Shown: one piece after another, positions 1-9,637 of the stretch | Numbering within the stretch: position 1 is the stretch's first letter | Layout: every line of letters begins with the position of its first letter | Assembly (NCBI GenBank): GCA_031383405.1 | Contig: JANMZO010000301.1 | Span: 7 to 64,006, forward strand | Direction: 5' to 3' | DNA from: Acidimicrobiia bacterium | GTDB taxonomy: Bacteria > Actinomycetota > Acidimicrobiia > Acidimicrobiales > JANYDT01 | Length of the DNA: 64,000 bases | Translations under genes and position numbers: made by a program | Notes under the pieces: model-generated | Databases searched by the model: none | The model's input: only the letters and a program-made list of their open reading frames with translations | What the model was told of the DNA's origin: nothing

Positions 1-1256
1 TTGCAACGCCAGCAGTGCGGGTAGGAGTGGTCGTAGGAGTCGTGGCGCACGAGTCGGCCCATGGCTCGCAGGTCCTTGATGATGTGCGGGTTGGCCGACA
101 GCACCTGCTGGTCGACGTAGGTCGGGACTTCGGAGGTGAATCGACCGCGTTCATCCACCGGGTTCACCGCTTCGATACCCAGCGCGTCGGTGACGAGTTT
201 GTCTTCTTCACCGAATGCCGGGGCGATGTGAACGATACCGGTGCCATCTTCGGTGGTCACGTAGTCGGCGGTCGCGACCTGGAACGCGTTGGTATGTGTA
301 CTGAAGAAGTCGAACAGCGGCTTGTAGCGTAGACCGGCCAACGCCGAGCCTTTAAGCGCACCTACGACCTTGGCATTGGCGAGTTCCTTCGCGTAGGACG
401 CAACCCGTGACTCAGCGAGGATGTACGTCTTGCCATCCGTCGAATCGTGCATCTTCACGTAGTCGATGTCGGGCCCGACCGCGCAGGCCAGGTTGGACGG
501 AAGCGTCCAGGGGGTCGTGGTCCAGGCCAGGAGTACTTCTCCTGTCTCGACTCCGTTCGCGTCGACCAGCGGGAACGTGACCGTGACGGCCGGGTCCTGG
601 CGCTGCTTGTACGCGTCATCCATGCGAAGCTCGGTGTTCGACAGCGGTGTCTCACATCGCCAGCAGTACGGCATGACCCGGTAGCCCTCGTAGATGAGGC
701 CCTTGTCCCACAGCGTCTTGAACGCCCACATGACCGACTCCATGTAGGGCAGATCGAGTGTCTTGTAATCATTCTCGAAGTCGACCCACCGGGCGGCCCG
801 GTTGATGTAGGACTCCCACTCTTGCGTGTAGCGCAGCACACTCGTGCGGCACGCGTCGTTAAATTTGTCGATGCCGAATTCCTTGATCTCAGCGTGGCCG
901 GACACGCCAAGTTCACGCTCCGCCTGCACTTCGGCCGGCATACCGTGGGTGTCCCAGCCGAACCGGCGCTCGACCCGTTTGCCGCGCATGGTTTGGTAAC
1001 GGGGGATCGCATCCTTCACATAGCTGGTGAGCAGATGGCCATAGTGGGGGAGGCCGTTGGCGAAGGGAGGGCCATCGTAGAACACGTATTCGTTGGTGCC
1101 GTTGACACCGGCCTCGCGGCTGGCGACCGAGGTCTCGAACGTGTGCTCACGGTTCCATTGGGCAATGACCTGTTCTTCCAGCTTGGGAAACGACGGCGAC
1201 CCCGGCACCGGGGGATACGGGGTGGATGTCGGTTTGGTGGGTTTGCTGTCGGTCAT
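1..1256 (-). CDS. ileS: isoleucine--tRNA ligase, N-terminal part (open at the left window edge)
   Basis: My own minus-strand translation from the ATG at 1256-1254 gives [19 protein letters not shown]...[53 protein letters not shown]. It has the class I HIGH motif (HYGH) in the context typical of actinobacterial IleRS. It is absent from the ORF track because it runs off the window. A T-box leader lies directly upstream. Confidence 0.88.
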   Translation of the reverse strand, partial: MTDSKPTKPTSTPYPPVPGSPSFPKLEEQVIAQWNREHTFETSVASREAGVNGTNEYVFYDGPPFANGLPHYGHLLTSYVKDAIPRYQTMRGKRVERRFGWDTHGMPAEVQAERELGVSGHAEIKEFGIDKFNDACRTSVLRYTQEWESYINRAARWVDFENDYKTLDLPYMESVMWAFKTLWDKGLIYEGYRVMPYCWRCETPLSNTELRMDDAYKQRQDPAVTVTFPLVDANGVETGEVLLAWTTTPWTLPSNLACAVGPDIDYVKMHDSTDGKTYILAESRVASYAKELANAKVVGALKGSALAGLRYKPLFDFFSTHTNAFQVATADYVTTEDGTGIVHIAPAFGEEDKLVTDALGIEAVNPVDERGRFTSEVPTYVDQQVLSANPHIIKDLRAMGRLVRHDSYDHSYPHCWRC

Positions 1257-1500
1257 TTGGGTCCTCGTGCGTGTCGGAAGTTCACTGCACAGGGACGACC
1301 ACCGTTTCCGGTGTCCGCGGTACCACCCCGCATTGTTCCCGGCTCGTCACCGGGAACCGCTCTTGCTACGGCGATAACGGGCCTGCCCCGTCCCGGTCTA
1401 GTGAGGATTGCGAGCAACGTCATTAGACGCCGCACGGTCACCCGTTCTTCGGGAAGCTCCGGGGTGATGGCCCCTTCACCGCTTTGCCCATAGGTTAGCG
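1257..1500 (-). ncRNA. T-box leader RNA upstream of ileS
   Basis: The minus strand carries the conserved T-box motif GGGTGGTACCGCGG (plus coordinates about 1315-1330), roughly 60-75 nt upstream of the ileS start. It is followed by GGAAACGGTGGTC, which could pair back. AUC (Ile) triplets occur in the upstream stem region. The outer boundary is approximate. Confidence 0.7.
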
Positions 1501-1554
1501 GCCCGGCGCGGGCTTTCCGATCGATTTCGTGGGAGGCGTCAGTCTTGTCTGTCG

Positions 1555-2484
1555 GTGAGCGAGACTGGGTGGGTGACACGCTTGGCGATAGTTGGTCCAA
1601 CGGCTACGGGGAAGACTGCGCTTGCGCTCAATGTGGCCCGGGTCCTCGGCTCGCGGGGAGTGCACGCCGAGATCGTTTCGGCCGACTCGATGAGTGTCTA
1701 TCGGGGCATGGATACCGGTACGGCGAAGCCATCGGCCGCCGAGTTGGCCGAAGTGCCACACCATTTGGTGAGCGTGGTTGATCCGACCGTTGAGTATTCC
1801 GTCGCCGACTACCAACGGTCAGCGCTCGCTGCGCTGTCTGAGATCGAGGCGCGTGGCAGTTTGGCCATTCTTGTTGGTGGCACCGGTCTCTATGTCGATG
1901 CCGTGATGGACGAGCTCACCCTGCCCGGTCAATTCCCGGAGGTGAAGGCGGAGTTGGAAGCCGAACCCGACCTCGCAATTCTCTACGCGCGCTTAACATT
2001 GCTCGACCCGCTTGCCGCCACTCGAATGGAGCCGACCAACCGACGGCGAATAGTTCGCGCGCTTGAGGTTTGCGTCGGAAGCGGTCGCCCATTCTCATCG
2101 TTTGGTCCGGGGTTGCGGGAATCGCAGGTGGCCAACCGATGGACCATCTTCGGCCTGCTGTGGCCCCGCGCGGATCTGGCATTCCGAATCACGCAACGCT
2201 ACGAAATGCAGATGAGCGCCGGCTTCGTCGAGGAGGCCTCGGCGCTGCTCGAACAGTACGGCGACTCTGTCTCTCGCACAGCCCGGCAGGCGCTCGGCTA
2301 CCGCGAGCTGTGGAACCACCTCGCCACTCCCAACTCCTATCCACTCGAAACGGCGCTGGCCGACGCCGTTCGTCGTACCCGCCAATTCTCGGTCCGCCAG
2401 GAACGCTGGTTCCGTCGCGACCAGCGAATTCGCTGGCTCGACGCGTCAGTCAACAACACCGCCGAAGTCGCTGGCTCGGTTTGA
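1555..2484 (+). CDS. miaA: tRNA dimethylallyltransferase
   Basis: 309 aa with a GTG start. P-loop GPTATGKTALAL, then SADSMSVYRGMDTGTAKPS and the LVGGTGLY motif typical of MiaA. The miaA-dapF-hflX neighbourhood is conserved. Confidence 0.92.
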   Translation: MSETGWVTRLAIVGPTATGKTALALNVARVLGSRGVHAEIVSADSMSVYRGMDTGTAKPSAAELAEVPHHLVSVVDPTVEYSVADYQRSALAALSEIEARGSLAILVGGTGLYVDAVMDELTLPGQFPEVKAELEAEPDLAILYARLTLLDPLAATRMEPTNRRRIVRALEVCVGSGRPFSSFGPGLRESQVANRWTIFGLLWPRADLAFRITQRYEMQMSAGFVEEASALLEQYGDSVSRTARQALGYRELWNHLATPNSYPLETALADAVRRTRQFSVRQERWFRRDQRIRWLDASVNNTAEVAGSV

Positions 2485-2520
2485 TTCGTCCGGTTCATGT
2501 CCACGATTTGCACAACATAG

Positions 2521-3165
2521 ATGTCAAAGTGTGGACATAAACCTGGATGGTCAGGAAAGAATGGTCGGATGCCTGACGACGTGAAACCCCGGCCTGACCG
2601 GATCCCGGACACCTACCTCGTAACCACCGCCCACGACGGCACCGCCGTAACCGTGCGGCAATGGCGCCCGAGCGACCTGGCGTCGTACCACGAAGCGATG
2701 CACGCGAGTTATGAGCATCTGACGCCGTGGATGCCCTGGGCCGCAGCAGAGCCGCAGGATATCGAAGCCCATGGGGAAATCCTCACCCGATTTTCCTCGA
2801 CATGGGACTTCGATGACTTTCCCTACGGCATCTTCCTCGATGACGTTGCGGTCGGCGGTTCCGGGTTACACAACCGGGTTGGGGCCCACGGTTGGGAGAT
2901 CGGCTATTGGGTCCATCCCGGGTTCGAAGGTCGAGGGATCATCTCGGCAACGGTACGCGCGCTTACCGATGAGGCCTTCGTCGACCCCACTATTCAATGC
3001 GTCGAAATTCGGTGTGATGCAACGAATGTGCGCAGTGCCAATGTACCTAGGCGCCTCGGCTTCGCACTCGTCGCCGGGGAAAGTCGTACTCCCGTTGCTC
3101 CCGCCGAAACCGACATCACCCATGTGTACCGGGTCGACCGGCCGGCCTGGTTGGCGCACCCGTAG
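2521..3165 (+). CDS. GNAT family N-acetyltransferase (RimJ/RimL-like)
   Basis: 214-aa ORF. The GYWVHPGFEGRGIISATVRALTDEAF segment resembles the acetyl-CoA binding core of GNAT enzymes. The true start may be the internal MPDDV near 2566. Confidence 0.7.
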   Translation: MSKCGHKPGWSGKNGRMPDDVKPRPDRIPDTYLVTTAHDGTAVTVRQWRPSDLASYHEAMHASYEHLTPWMPWAAAEPQDIEAHGEILTRFSSTWDFDDFPYGIFLDDVAVGGSGLHNRVGAHGWEIGYWVHPGFEGRGIISATVRALTDEAFVDPTIQCVEIRCDATNVRSANVPRRLGFALVAGESRTPVAPAETDITHVYRVDRPAWLAHP

Positions 3166-3177
3166 CCGACCCCTGGC

Positions 3178-4272
3178 TCAGGCTTTCACCATTGAGTAAG
3201 CCGGGTCGGGTGTGAGGGTCCGGATGCGGGGCATCACGGCGGATGCGAAGAGTCGCATGTTGCGCTCGGCTTCGTCGTAGGGCATGCCCGCATAGCGGCA
3301 CACGGAGATGAAACCTTCGGCGCCGGTCATGCGGACGATCTCGGTGATCTGGTCGACGCACTGATCGGGGGTTCCGCAGATCTGGAGGTCGGCGAAGAAG
3401 TCGCTCTGCATCTTGGTGCCGTGCGCTTCGATGTTCTTCGCAATCTTGCCGTAGAACTCGTAGCCGGGAGTCTTCTCCAGGTGCCCGGCCGTGAACTCGT
3501 AGTGCTCGGCGACGGTGTCGTAGTAGCCCCCGAGATACTTGCGACCAACCTCGCGGGCCCGGTCGGCATCCGGATCGACAAACGTCCATCCGGCAACGAT
3601 CGGATTCGGCGCTTCTTCGCCGTTCATCTCCCGGTACAGCTCACGGTAACCGTTGAGCTCTTCGACGAGTGCCGGCCACGGTTTCTGCGGAACAATGAGA
3701 ATGCCGATGCCAAGCCGGGCCATTATCGGCCAGCTCTCCGGGGAAACCGACGACGCGAACGTGCGGCCCTTGAAACTGCGCAGGGGCGATGGGCGCAGGG
3801 TCCGGGCGGGTTGCTTGATGAACTCACCGTCGTATTCGGCGATGCCGGTTTCGAGTGCGTTGATCAGCATCTCAGCCGACTCGGTGAAGCGACCGCGGGA
3901 CTCGCTCATCGGTACGCGGAACCCGTCGAACTCCACGCGCCCAAGACCCCGGCCGAGCCCGAGGATCAGACGCCCCTGAGACACATGGTCGACCATGACG
4001 GCCTGTTCCGCGACCCGGATCGGATCATGCCATGGCAGCACCACGACCATGCTCCCGAGCTGCACGTGCTGCGTTGTGCCCGCAAGGTACGAAAGGAACG
4101 TGAGCGGGTCGGGGCACATGGTGTAGCTGGTGAAGTGGTGCTCAACCGACCAGATCGAGTCGAACCCCAGGGGCTCAGCCAGAGACGCGAGTTGGAGGTC
4201 ACCCCGCCAGATGTCGGGGTCGTCCGCCGTGTCAGGTGACCCTTGGAAAATTGCGGAGTATCCAACGTGCAT
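3178..4272 (-). CDS. LLM class (luciferase-like) flavin/F420-dependent oxidoreductase
   Basis: 364 aa. N-terminus ...LASLAEPLGFDSIWSVEHHFTSY... and overall TIM-barrel LLM pattern. Confidence 0.8.
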   Translation of the reverse strand: MHVGYSAIFQGSPDTADDPDIWRGDLQLASLAEPLGFDSIWSVEHHFTSYTMCPDPLTFLSYLAGTTQHVQLGSMVVVLPWHDPIRVAEQAVMVDHVSQGRLILGLGRGLGRVEFDGFRVPMSESRGRFTESAEMLINALETGIAEYDGEFIKQPARTLRPSPLRSFKGRTFASSVSPESWPIMARLGIGILIVPQKPWPALVEELNGYRELYREMNGEEAPNPIVAGWTFVDPDADRAREVGRKYLGGYYDTVAEHYEFTAGHLEKTPGYEFYGKIAKNIEAHGTKMQSDFFADLQICGTPDQCVDQITEIVRMTGAEGFISVCRYAGMPYDEAERNMRLFASAVMPRIRTLTPDPAYSMVKA

Positions 4273-4357
4273 GAGCTGCTCCCGTTCGTGGACCCATATC
4301 TCAGATGAAGTGGCCTCAGCGTAGAACCCGGGCCGTTAACCCGCCAACCGCGCAGGA

Positions 4358-4402
4358 TTTGGGGATGGTTGTTGCGTCTGCGGCGCAACAACCATCCCCA
4401 AA
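4358..4402. repeat. palindromic hairpin element, copy 1 (TTTGGGGATGGTT...AACCATCCCCAAA)
   Basis: Perfect 19-bp inverted repeat tttggggatggttgttgcg / cgcaacaaccatccccaaa with a 7-nt loop. It lies between the P450 stop (4432) and the LLM start (4272). Related copies are at 17851-17894 and 38254-38297. Confidence 0.85.
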
Positions 4403-4431
4403 GGGATCGTCCATTCCGGTGTGGAGGACCG

Positions 4432-5643
4432 TCAGTCCCAGCGGATGGGGAGTGACGAATAGCCCTGGATGATCGAGCCCGGAGGGTTCATGATCGCCGG
4501 CCCATCGAGGCGAAGGTTTGGTAAGCGCGCAGATAGTTCAGCGATGGCCTCGGTCAGCTCGAGTCGGGCCAGATTGGCACCCAGGCAGTAGTGGATGCCG
4601 CCGCCGAACGTGAGCAGGTGCCAGCCTTCCGGGACGGTTCGCTCGATGTCCAGGCGATCGGCTCCGGGGAGCGCAGCGGTGTCGTGGTTGGCCGACATCG
4701 ACATCAGCACGACGACCGTGCCGGCGGGAACGAGAAGACCGCCGATCTCCAGATCCTCGATTGCGAAGCGGGGGATGGCCTCCGTCGCCGGCTGCCAGCG
4801 GATGGACTCCTCCATGGCGGCGGTAACGAGGTCGGGCCGGGAGCGGAGCAATGCCCACTGTTCCGGGTGTTCGGCGAACGCGTAGATCGTGTTACTGAGT
4901 TGATTTCGTGTGGTGTCGGTGCCGGCGACGATCATCATTGCCACCACAGACAACAGTTCAGACGGCGAGAGCTTGTCGCCTGCTTCCTCCGCGGCGATCA
5001 GGTTGGACAGCAGGTCGTCGCGCGGGTCGATGCGTCGGTCGGCGACCAGCCCGGTAATGAACTCGTCGAGTTCCTTTTGAGCCTGGTCGATTTCTTCTAT
5101 GAACATACCGGCATCGAGTCGAAGCGAAAGCAGCACAGAAGTGGCCCACCTGCTCATGTCCGGCCAGCGGTCTGCTTCGATACCGATAAGTGCACATATG
5201 ACTGGAATCGGGAAAGGGTCGCAGAGCGCCGCCACGGCATCGCAGGCCCTGTCGTCGATCACCGCATCGACAAGCGTGGCGATGGTTGCCCTCGTGAACG
5301 GGCGAAGGGCTTCGACTGACCGTGGGGTGAACGCCTTCGATACGAGCCGACGGAGGCGTAGGTGATCGTCGCCTTCCATGAACAGAAGGATTTCCTCCAT
5401 CCGCTTCCAGGTCCGAGAGCCTTCGGGAATCCCGGAGAGTCGGGCCAGGTCCATCCCCGGACCTCGAAGTCGCCTGTCACGGAGTAGCTCGGTCACGTCG
5501 GAGTGGTGAAGCACCATTGGACCGAACATGCCCTTCGCCAACGGGGCTTTGCGGGCTTCGCTGAGGAGGGCCCTCGCGTCTGCGGCGTTGTCGGTCATCC
5601 CCGGGTACAGGGTTGGCAGATCCGCATCGGCATACGTGGCCAT
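4432..5643 (-). CDS. cytochrome P450
   Basis: 403 aa. Heme-binding loop FGGGIHYCLGANLA (FxxGxHxCxG), EXXR motif (ESIR) and I-helix-like AGTDTT. AAGGAG Shine-Dalgarno 5 nt upstream of the ATG. Confidence 0.93.
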   Translation of the reverse strand: MATYADADLPTLYPGMTDNAADARALLSEARKAPLAKGMFGPMVLHHSDVTELLRDRRLRGPGMDLARLSGIPEGSRTWKRMEEILLFMEGDDHLRLRRLVSKAFTPRSVEALRPFTRATIATLVDAVIDDRACDAVAALCDPFPIPVICALIGIEADRWPDMSRWATSVLLSLRLDAGMFIEEIDQAQKELDEFITGLVADRRIDPRDDLLSNLIAAEEAGDKLSPSELLSVVAMMIVAGTDTTRNQLSNTIYAFAEHPEQWALLRSRPDLVTAAMEESIRWQPATEAIPRFAIEDLEIGGLLVPAGTVVVLMSMSANHDTAALPGADRLDIERTVPEGWHLLTFGGGIHYCLGANLARLELTEAIAELSARLPNLRLDGPAIMNPPGSIIQGYSSLPIRWD

Positions 5644-5766
5644 GGTTGCTCCTTGTCTGGTTCATCTGTTAGGTCATTCAAGTCTAGCGACGGCTTCATC
5701 TTCGGATCCCCAGATGCGAGTGGACGGTCATGGCGGCGCGGACCTGAGCGTTGACTTCGATGCCGG

Positions 5767-5904
5767 TCAGCGGTCGAGAGCGCACCAGGTGCCGTCGTCG
5801 CGACATGTTTCGCCTTCGAGTTCCAAGGTGGCATCCAGGTTGGCGGCCGCTGCACCGAGCGCCACGGCGATCACGATTGGGCCGTTGACCTTGGTCGGGC
5901 TCAT
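5767..5904 (-). CDS. candidate small ORF (45 aa) between the MFS and P450 genes
   Basis: My own translation gives MSPTKVNGPIVIAVALGAAAANLDATLELEGETCRDDGTWCALDR. About 78% G/C at third codon positions, as in neighbouring genes. GGAAG motif 9 nt upstream of the ATG. Same strand as both flanking genes. Below the length cutoff of the ORF track. I recognise no homology. Confidence 0.3.
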   Translation of the reverse strand: MSPTKVNGPIVIAVALGAAAANLDATLELEGETCRDDGTWCALDR

Positions 5905-6001
5905 TCCCAGCTTCTTCCGTGACGACCCACAGTCTGTCGCAGTTCCTTTAGGTCACCCTGGAATGCCATGTTCGCCAGGTCGACCCCCTGCCGCAAACTC
6001 T

Positions 6002-7300
6002 TTACTGAGCCGCCGAACCATGGCGAGTGGCTTCCGCCGACGCACGGCCCGTGTGTGAACTGTCCTTCGCGTCGAACTGCCAGAAGGCGGGCAGAAGTTT
6101 GGCCAACCCGACAATCGACAGCACGCAGGCAATGCCACCAATAAGAATCGAGGTGTCGACGCTCGTGAGGGCGGCCACCCCACCGGCCTCGAAGTCTCCG
6201 ACATACGGACCGGTTATCCAAACGGCCATGCCGACCCCCTGCATCCGCCCCTGGAGATGATCAGGTGTAGCCAATTGGAGCATCGCCATACGGGAGACAC
6301 CGCTCACCGCATCGGCAGCGCCCGAGACGGCAAGGAAGAACAGGCTGAGGGCGATGCTGTGAACCAGGCCGAGGCCGGTGATTGCGAAGCCCCAGACGAC
6401 CACGCTCAGCACCACCACCCTCCCGTGGCGGTGCACGCTGCGGGTCCAGCCCGAGAACACCGTCGCCAGCATCGCCCCGAATGGGAGGGCCGCGTAGAGA
6501 AGGCCGACGAGTTTCGGGTGGCCGTGGAAGCGCTGGTCGGCCATCGCAGGAAAAAGCGCCGTCGGCATACCGAAGACCATCGCAATCAGGTCGCCGGCGA
6601 AGCTGCCCTGCACGGCGTGACGGCCTTTGAGCGACCGGAAGCCTTCAAGGACCAGCCGGGGGTGAAAGCGTTCGTGGGGATTACCCACCGGGATCCTGCC
6701 CATCCCGAGCACGGCAACGAAGCAGGCTCCGTAGCTGAGGGCGTCGATCGCGTACGTCCAGGTCGGTCCGATCGACCGGTAGAGAAGGCCACCGATCGCC
6801 GGGGCCAGCACGCCGGCTCCCGTGAAGGTCAGCATCTGGAGGGCTTGTGCGGCCGGAATGAGATCGGGGGAAACCAGCGCCGGCACGGCCGAGCGACTCG
6901 CCGGCGACGCGAACGCGCTGTTCGCCCCGGCAACCGCCGCCAAGCCGTACAGCACCCAGAGTCTCGTGCCACCCGAGGCGTTGTACGCGAGCGCGACCGA
7001 CAGCGCGGAGCCAATCAACAGGCTGCGCAGAAGCATCATCCGCCGGTCGGCGATATCGGCCACGGCTCCGCCGAAGATGCTGCTGAGGAGCACCGGAACC
7101 AGCGAGATCGCCCCGGTGAGGCCGACCTTCCACGACGAGTGGGTCAGGTCGTAGACCTGGAGTGGAATCGCCACCCGGGTGAGCATGCTGCCCACCGCCG
7201 AGACGCTGAGTCCGGTCCACAGCAGGCGGAAATCCCTTGAAACCCGAAGGGGCGTCAGGTCGAGCGTGTGCTTGCGGATTGAAGCCATTCGGGTCGCCAC
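6002..7300 (-). CDS. MFS transporter (EntS/exporter-like, 12 TM)
   Basis: 432 aa and highly hydrophobic. N-terminal FRLLWTGLSVSAVGSMLTRVAIPLQVY pattern typical of ENTS-type MFS exporters. Confidence 0.85.
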   Translation of the reverse strand: MATRMASIRKHTLDLTPLRVSRDFRLLWTGLSVSAVGSMLTRVAIPLQVYDLTHSSWKVGLTGAISLVPVLLSSIFGGAVADIADRRMMLLRSLLIGSALSVALAYNASGGTRLWVLYGLAAVAGANSAFASPASRSAVPALVSPDLIPAAQALQMLTFTGAGVLAPAIGGLLYRSIGPTWTYAIDALSYGACFVAVLGMGRIPVGNPHERFHPRLVLEGFRSLKGRHAVQGSFAGDLIAMVFGMPTALFPAMADQRFHGHPKLVGLLYAALPFGAMLATVFSGWTRSVHRHGRVVVLSVVVWGFAITGLGLVHSIALSLFFLAVSGAADAVSGVSRMAMLQLATPDHLQGRMQGVGMAVWITGPYVGDFEAGGVAALTSVDTSILIGGIACVLSIVGLAKLLPAFWQFDAKDSSHTGRASAEATRHGSAAQ

Positions 7301-7423
7301 CTTAGGCGTGCGCGTGGCCGACGCTCGGAGCTATTCCGCGGGACCTTCTCGGTCCGGGGGAAATTCGTCGCATGTTGGGTCGCCGATGCGGCGATAATGG
7401 AGGCCGAATGAGGAACTTCCGCC

Positions 7424-8314
7424 ATGGCCCACATCACTGTCACTAAGCATCACGGCCTTGGCAACGACTTTCTGGTCCTGCTGTGCCTTAACGCGACTAC
7501 GCCGCCACCCTCCCTGGATGCCGGAACGAAGTTGGCCCGGCAGCTCTGTGACCGTCATCGCGGCATCGGAGCCGACGGCCTCCTCATAGCCTCCCTCCCG
7601 AACTCAACGTCCGACGCCGACGTCGTGATGCGCCTGCACAATGCCGACGGGTCCGTTGCCGAAATGAGCGGGAACGGCATTCGCTGCCTCGCCCAGGCGG
7701 TTGTCGACAGTGGGTTTCGTCCGGCCGGAAACCTACGTGTACACACCGGCGCAGGACTACGCGTGGTTGATGTCGTGCCGACCGATGAGCACGGGCTCGC
7801 CATGGTCCGGGTGGATATGGGCGTGGCGAAGATCGACCCGTTCGACGTGCCTCCGGAGGTTTCGAAAATCATAGGCGTGCATAGGGTTGCCACGGTCGAC
7901 GTTGGCAACCCACACATCGTTATCGAGCGCGATCCCGATACCGTCGACATGGCGACCCTCGGCCCGGCCGTCGAAGCACACTTCATGTCACGGTTCGGTG
8001 GAATCAACGTCGAAGTGGTGCTTGCCCGCGACAGCGACAACGTCGACATGGTCGTGTGGGAACGTGGCGTCGGTGTCACGCAGGCTTGCGGGACGGGAGC
8101 CACGGCAACTGCCGTCGCCACCAACCGTTGGGGGCTGACGGGGCAACAGACTGTCGTGCGTCAGCCCGGTGGGTCGGCGACGGTCGAACTCAACGGTGAA
8201 CAGGTCACGCTCGTGGGTCCCTCGCAGTTTGTCGCTTCATGCACGGTGCATATCGACAGCGAACTCGGCAGACAACTCGGCATACAAGAAAAGGCGGTTG
8301 GTGATCAGATATGA
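7424..8314 (+). CDS. dapF: diaminopimelate epimerase
   Basis: 296 aa. KHHGLGNDFLVL, plus catalytic Cys contexts GNGIRCLA and ACGTGATA. Confidence 0.93.
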   Translation: MAHITVTKHHGLGNDFLVLLCLNATTPPPSLDAGTKLARQLCDRHRGIGADGLLIASLPNSTSDADVVMRLHNADGSVAEMSGNGIRCLAQAVVDSGFRPAGNLRVHTGAGLRVVDVVPTDEHGLAMVRVDMGVAKIDPFDVPPEVSKIIGVHRVATVDVGNPHIVIERDPDTVDMATLGPAVEAHFMSRFGGINVEVVLARDSDNVDMVVWERGVGVTQACGTGATATAVATNRWGLTGQQTVVRQPGGSATVELNGEQVTLVGPSQFVASCTVHIDSELGRQLGIQEKAVGDQI

Positions 8315-9600
8315 GTGAAGAAGCCCGTTTTCGCGAACAACTGATCGACCGCTCGATCCGGGAGAAGATCGTTCTGGTCGGCGTAGCTATGGACGGCACG
8401 ACAGTGGAAGAGGCCGAAGCCGGCCTCGACGAATTGGCGTTGCTTGTCGACACGGCAGGTGCCGACCCTCAGGCCCGGGTCATTCAGCGGCGCGACGCCC
8501 CGGACCCGACCTGGTTCATCGGAAAGGGTAAGGCGGAGGAGTTGAGAGAAATAGCCCTGATGGTCGACGCCGACACCGTTGTCTTCGATACGGAATTAGC
8601 ACCGAAGCAGAGCCGCAATCTGGAGAAGCTGCTCGGTCGAACCGCGATCGACCGCACCGCCGTGATCCTCGACATCTTCGCCCAGAACGCCCGCACCGCC
8701 GAGGGTAAGGCTCAGGTTGAACTGGCCCAGTTGCGCTACCGGCTGCCCCGCCTGCGCGGCAAAGGTGGCGCACTGTCCCAGCAGGGCGCCGGCATCGGTA
8801 CCCGGGGTCCCGGCGAAACGAAGCTTGAGGTCGATCGTCGTCGGCTGCTTGATCGCATGCACCGCTTGGAGAGTCAGCTCAAGGATCTGTCCAAGACGCG
8901 CGACAACCAGCGCAAAGGTCGCAAACGCAACCGTCAGTCCAGTGTCGCCCTGGTCGGCTACACCAACGCCGGAAAGTCGACGCTACTGAATCGGCTCACC
9001 GAAGCTGGGGTGCTGGTGGAGGACCGCCTGTTCTCGACACTCGATCCGACCACCCGGCGACTCAGCCTTCCCGGTGGCGAGGTGGTGCTCCTGAGTGACA
9101 CCGTGGGTTTTGTGCGCAACCTTCCTCACCAACTGGTCGAGGCGTTCAAAAGCACGCTCACCGAGGTGGCCAACGCGGATCTCCTTGTGCATGTTGTCGA
9201 CGCGTCGAGCGTGGATCCAGAAGGAAATATGCGCGCTGTCGAAATTGTTCTGGAGGAACTGGGCGCGAACCTCGTACCGCAGATGGTCGTGTTCAACAAG
9301 GCCGATGTCGCCTGGCCGGCCGACGTCGACCGCCTCTTGGAGCGCTATCACGGGTCCGTGCGGATTTCGGCGGTAACCGGCGATGGTATCGATGATTTCC
9401 TGGAAGAACTGGGTGATCGCCTGAGGTCGCTCACGAGCGTCGTCGAACTGCTCGTTCCCTACAGCCGGGGTGACATTGTCGCCGCCGTGCACCGTGAAGG
9501 CGAAGTGCTTCTGGAAGCGCACGAGGATGGAGGTACCCGGCTGCGGGCCCGCCTTGACCACGCCGGTGCGGGAAAGCTGGCCGAGTTCGTAGTGGCGTAA
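8311..9600 (+). CDS. hflX: GTPase HflX
   Basis: 429 aa. HflX N-domain, G1 motif GYTNAGKSTLLN, DTVGF and NKAD motifs. 4-nt overlap with dapF. Confidence 0.93.
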   Translation: MSEEARFREQLIDRSIREKIVLVGVAMDGTTVEEAEAGLDELALLVDTAGADPQARVIQRRDAPDPTWFIGKGKAEELREIALMVDADTVVFDTELAPKQSRNLEKLLGRTAIDRTAVILDIFAQNARTAEGKAQVELAQLRYRLPRLRGKGGALSQQGAGIGTRGPGETKLEVDRRRLLDRMHRLESQLKDLSKTRDNQRKGRKRNRQSSVALVGYTNAGKSTLLNRLTEAGVLVEDRLFSTLDPTTRRLSLPGGEVVLLSDTVGFVRNLPHQLVEAFKSTLTEVANADLLVHVVDASSVDPEGNMRAVEIVLEELGANLVPQMVVFNKADVAWPADVDRLLERYHGSVRISAVTGDGIDDFLEELGDRLRSLTSVVELLVPYSRGDIVAAVHREGEVLLEAHEDGGTRLRARLDHAGAGKLAEFVVA

Positions 9601-9637
9601 CGGCCGTCGTGATTGCGTGGGATTTATTAGTCGCGGT

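Noticed and set aside
447-1493. 348-aa plus-strand ORF and several other ORFs over 100 aa in 1-1600.
   Set aside because: They lie antisense to, or out of frame with, the clearly recognisable ileS coding sequence and its T-box leader. They are Arg/Gly/Pro-rich high-GC shadow ORFs with no motifs.
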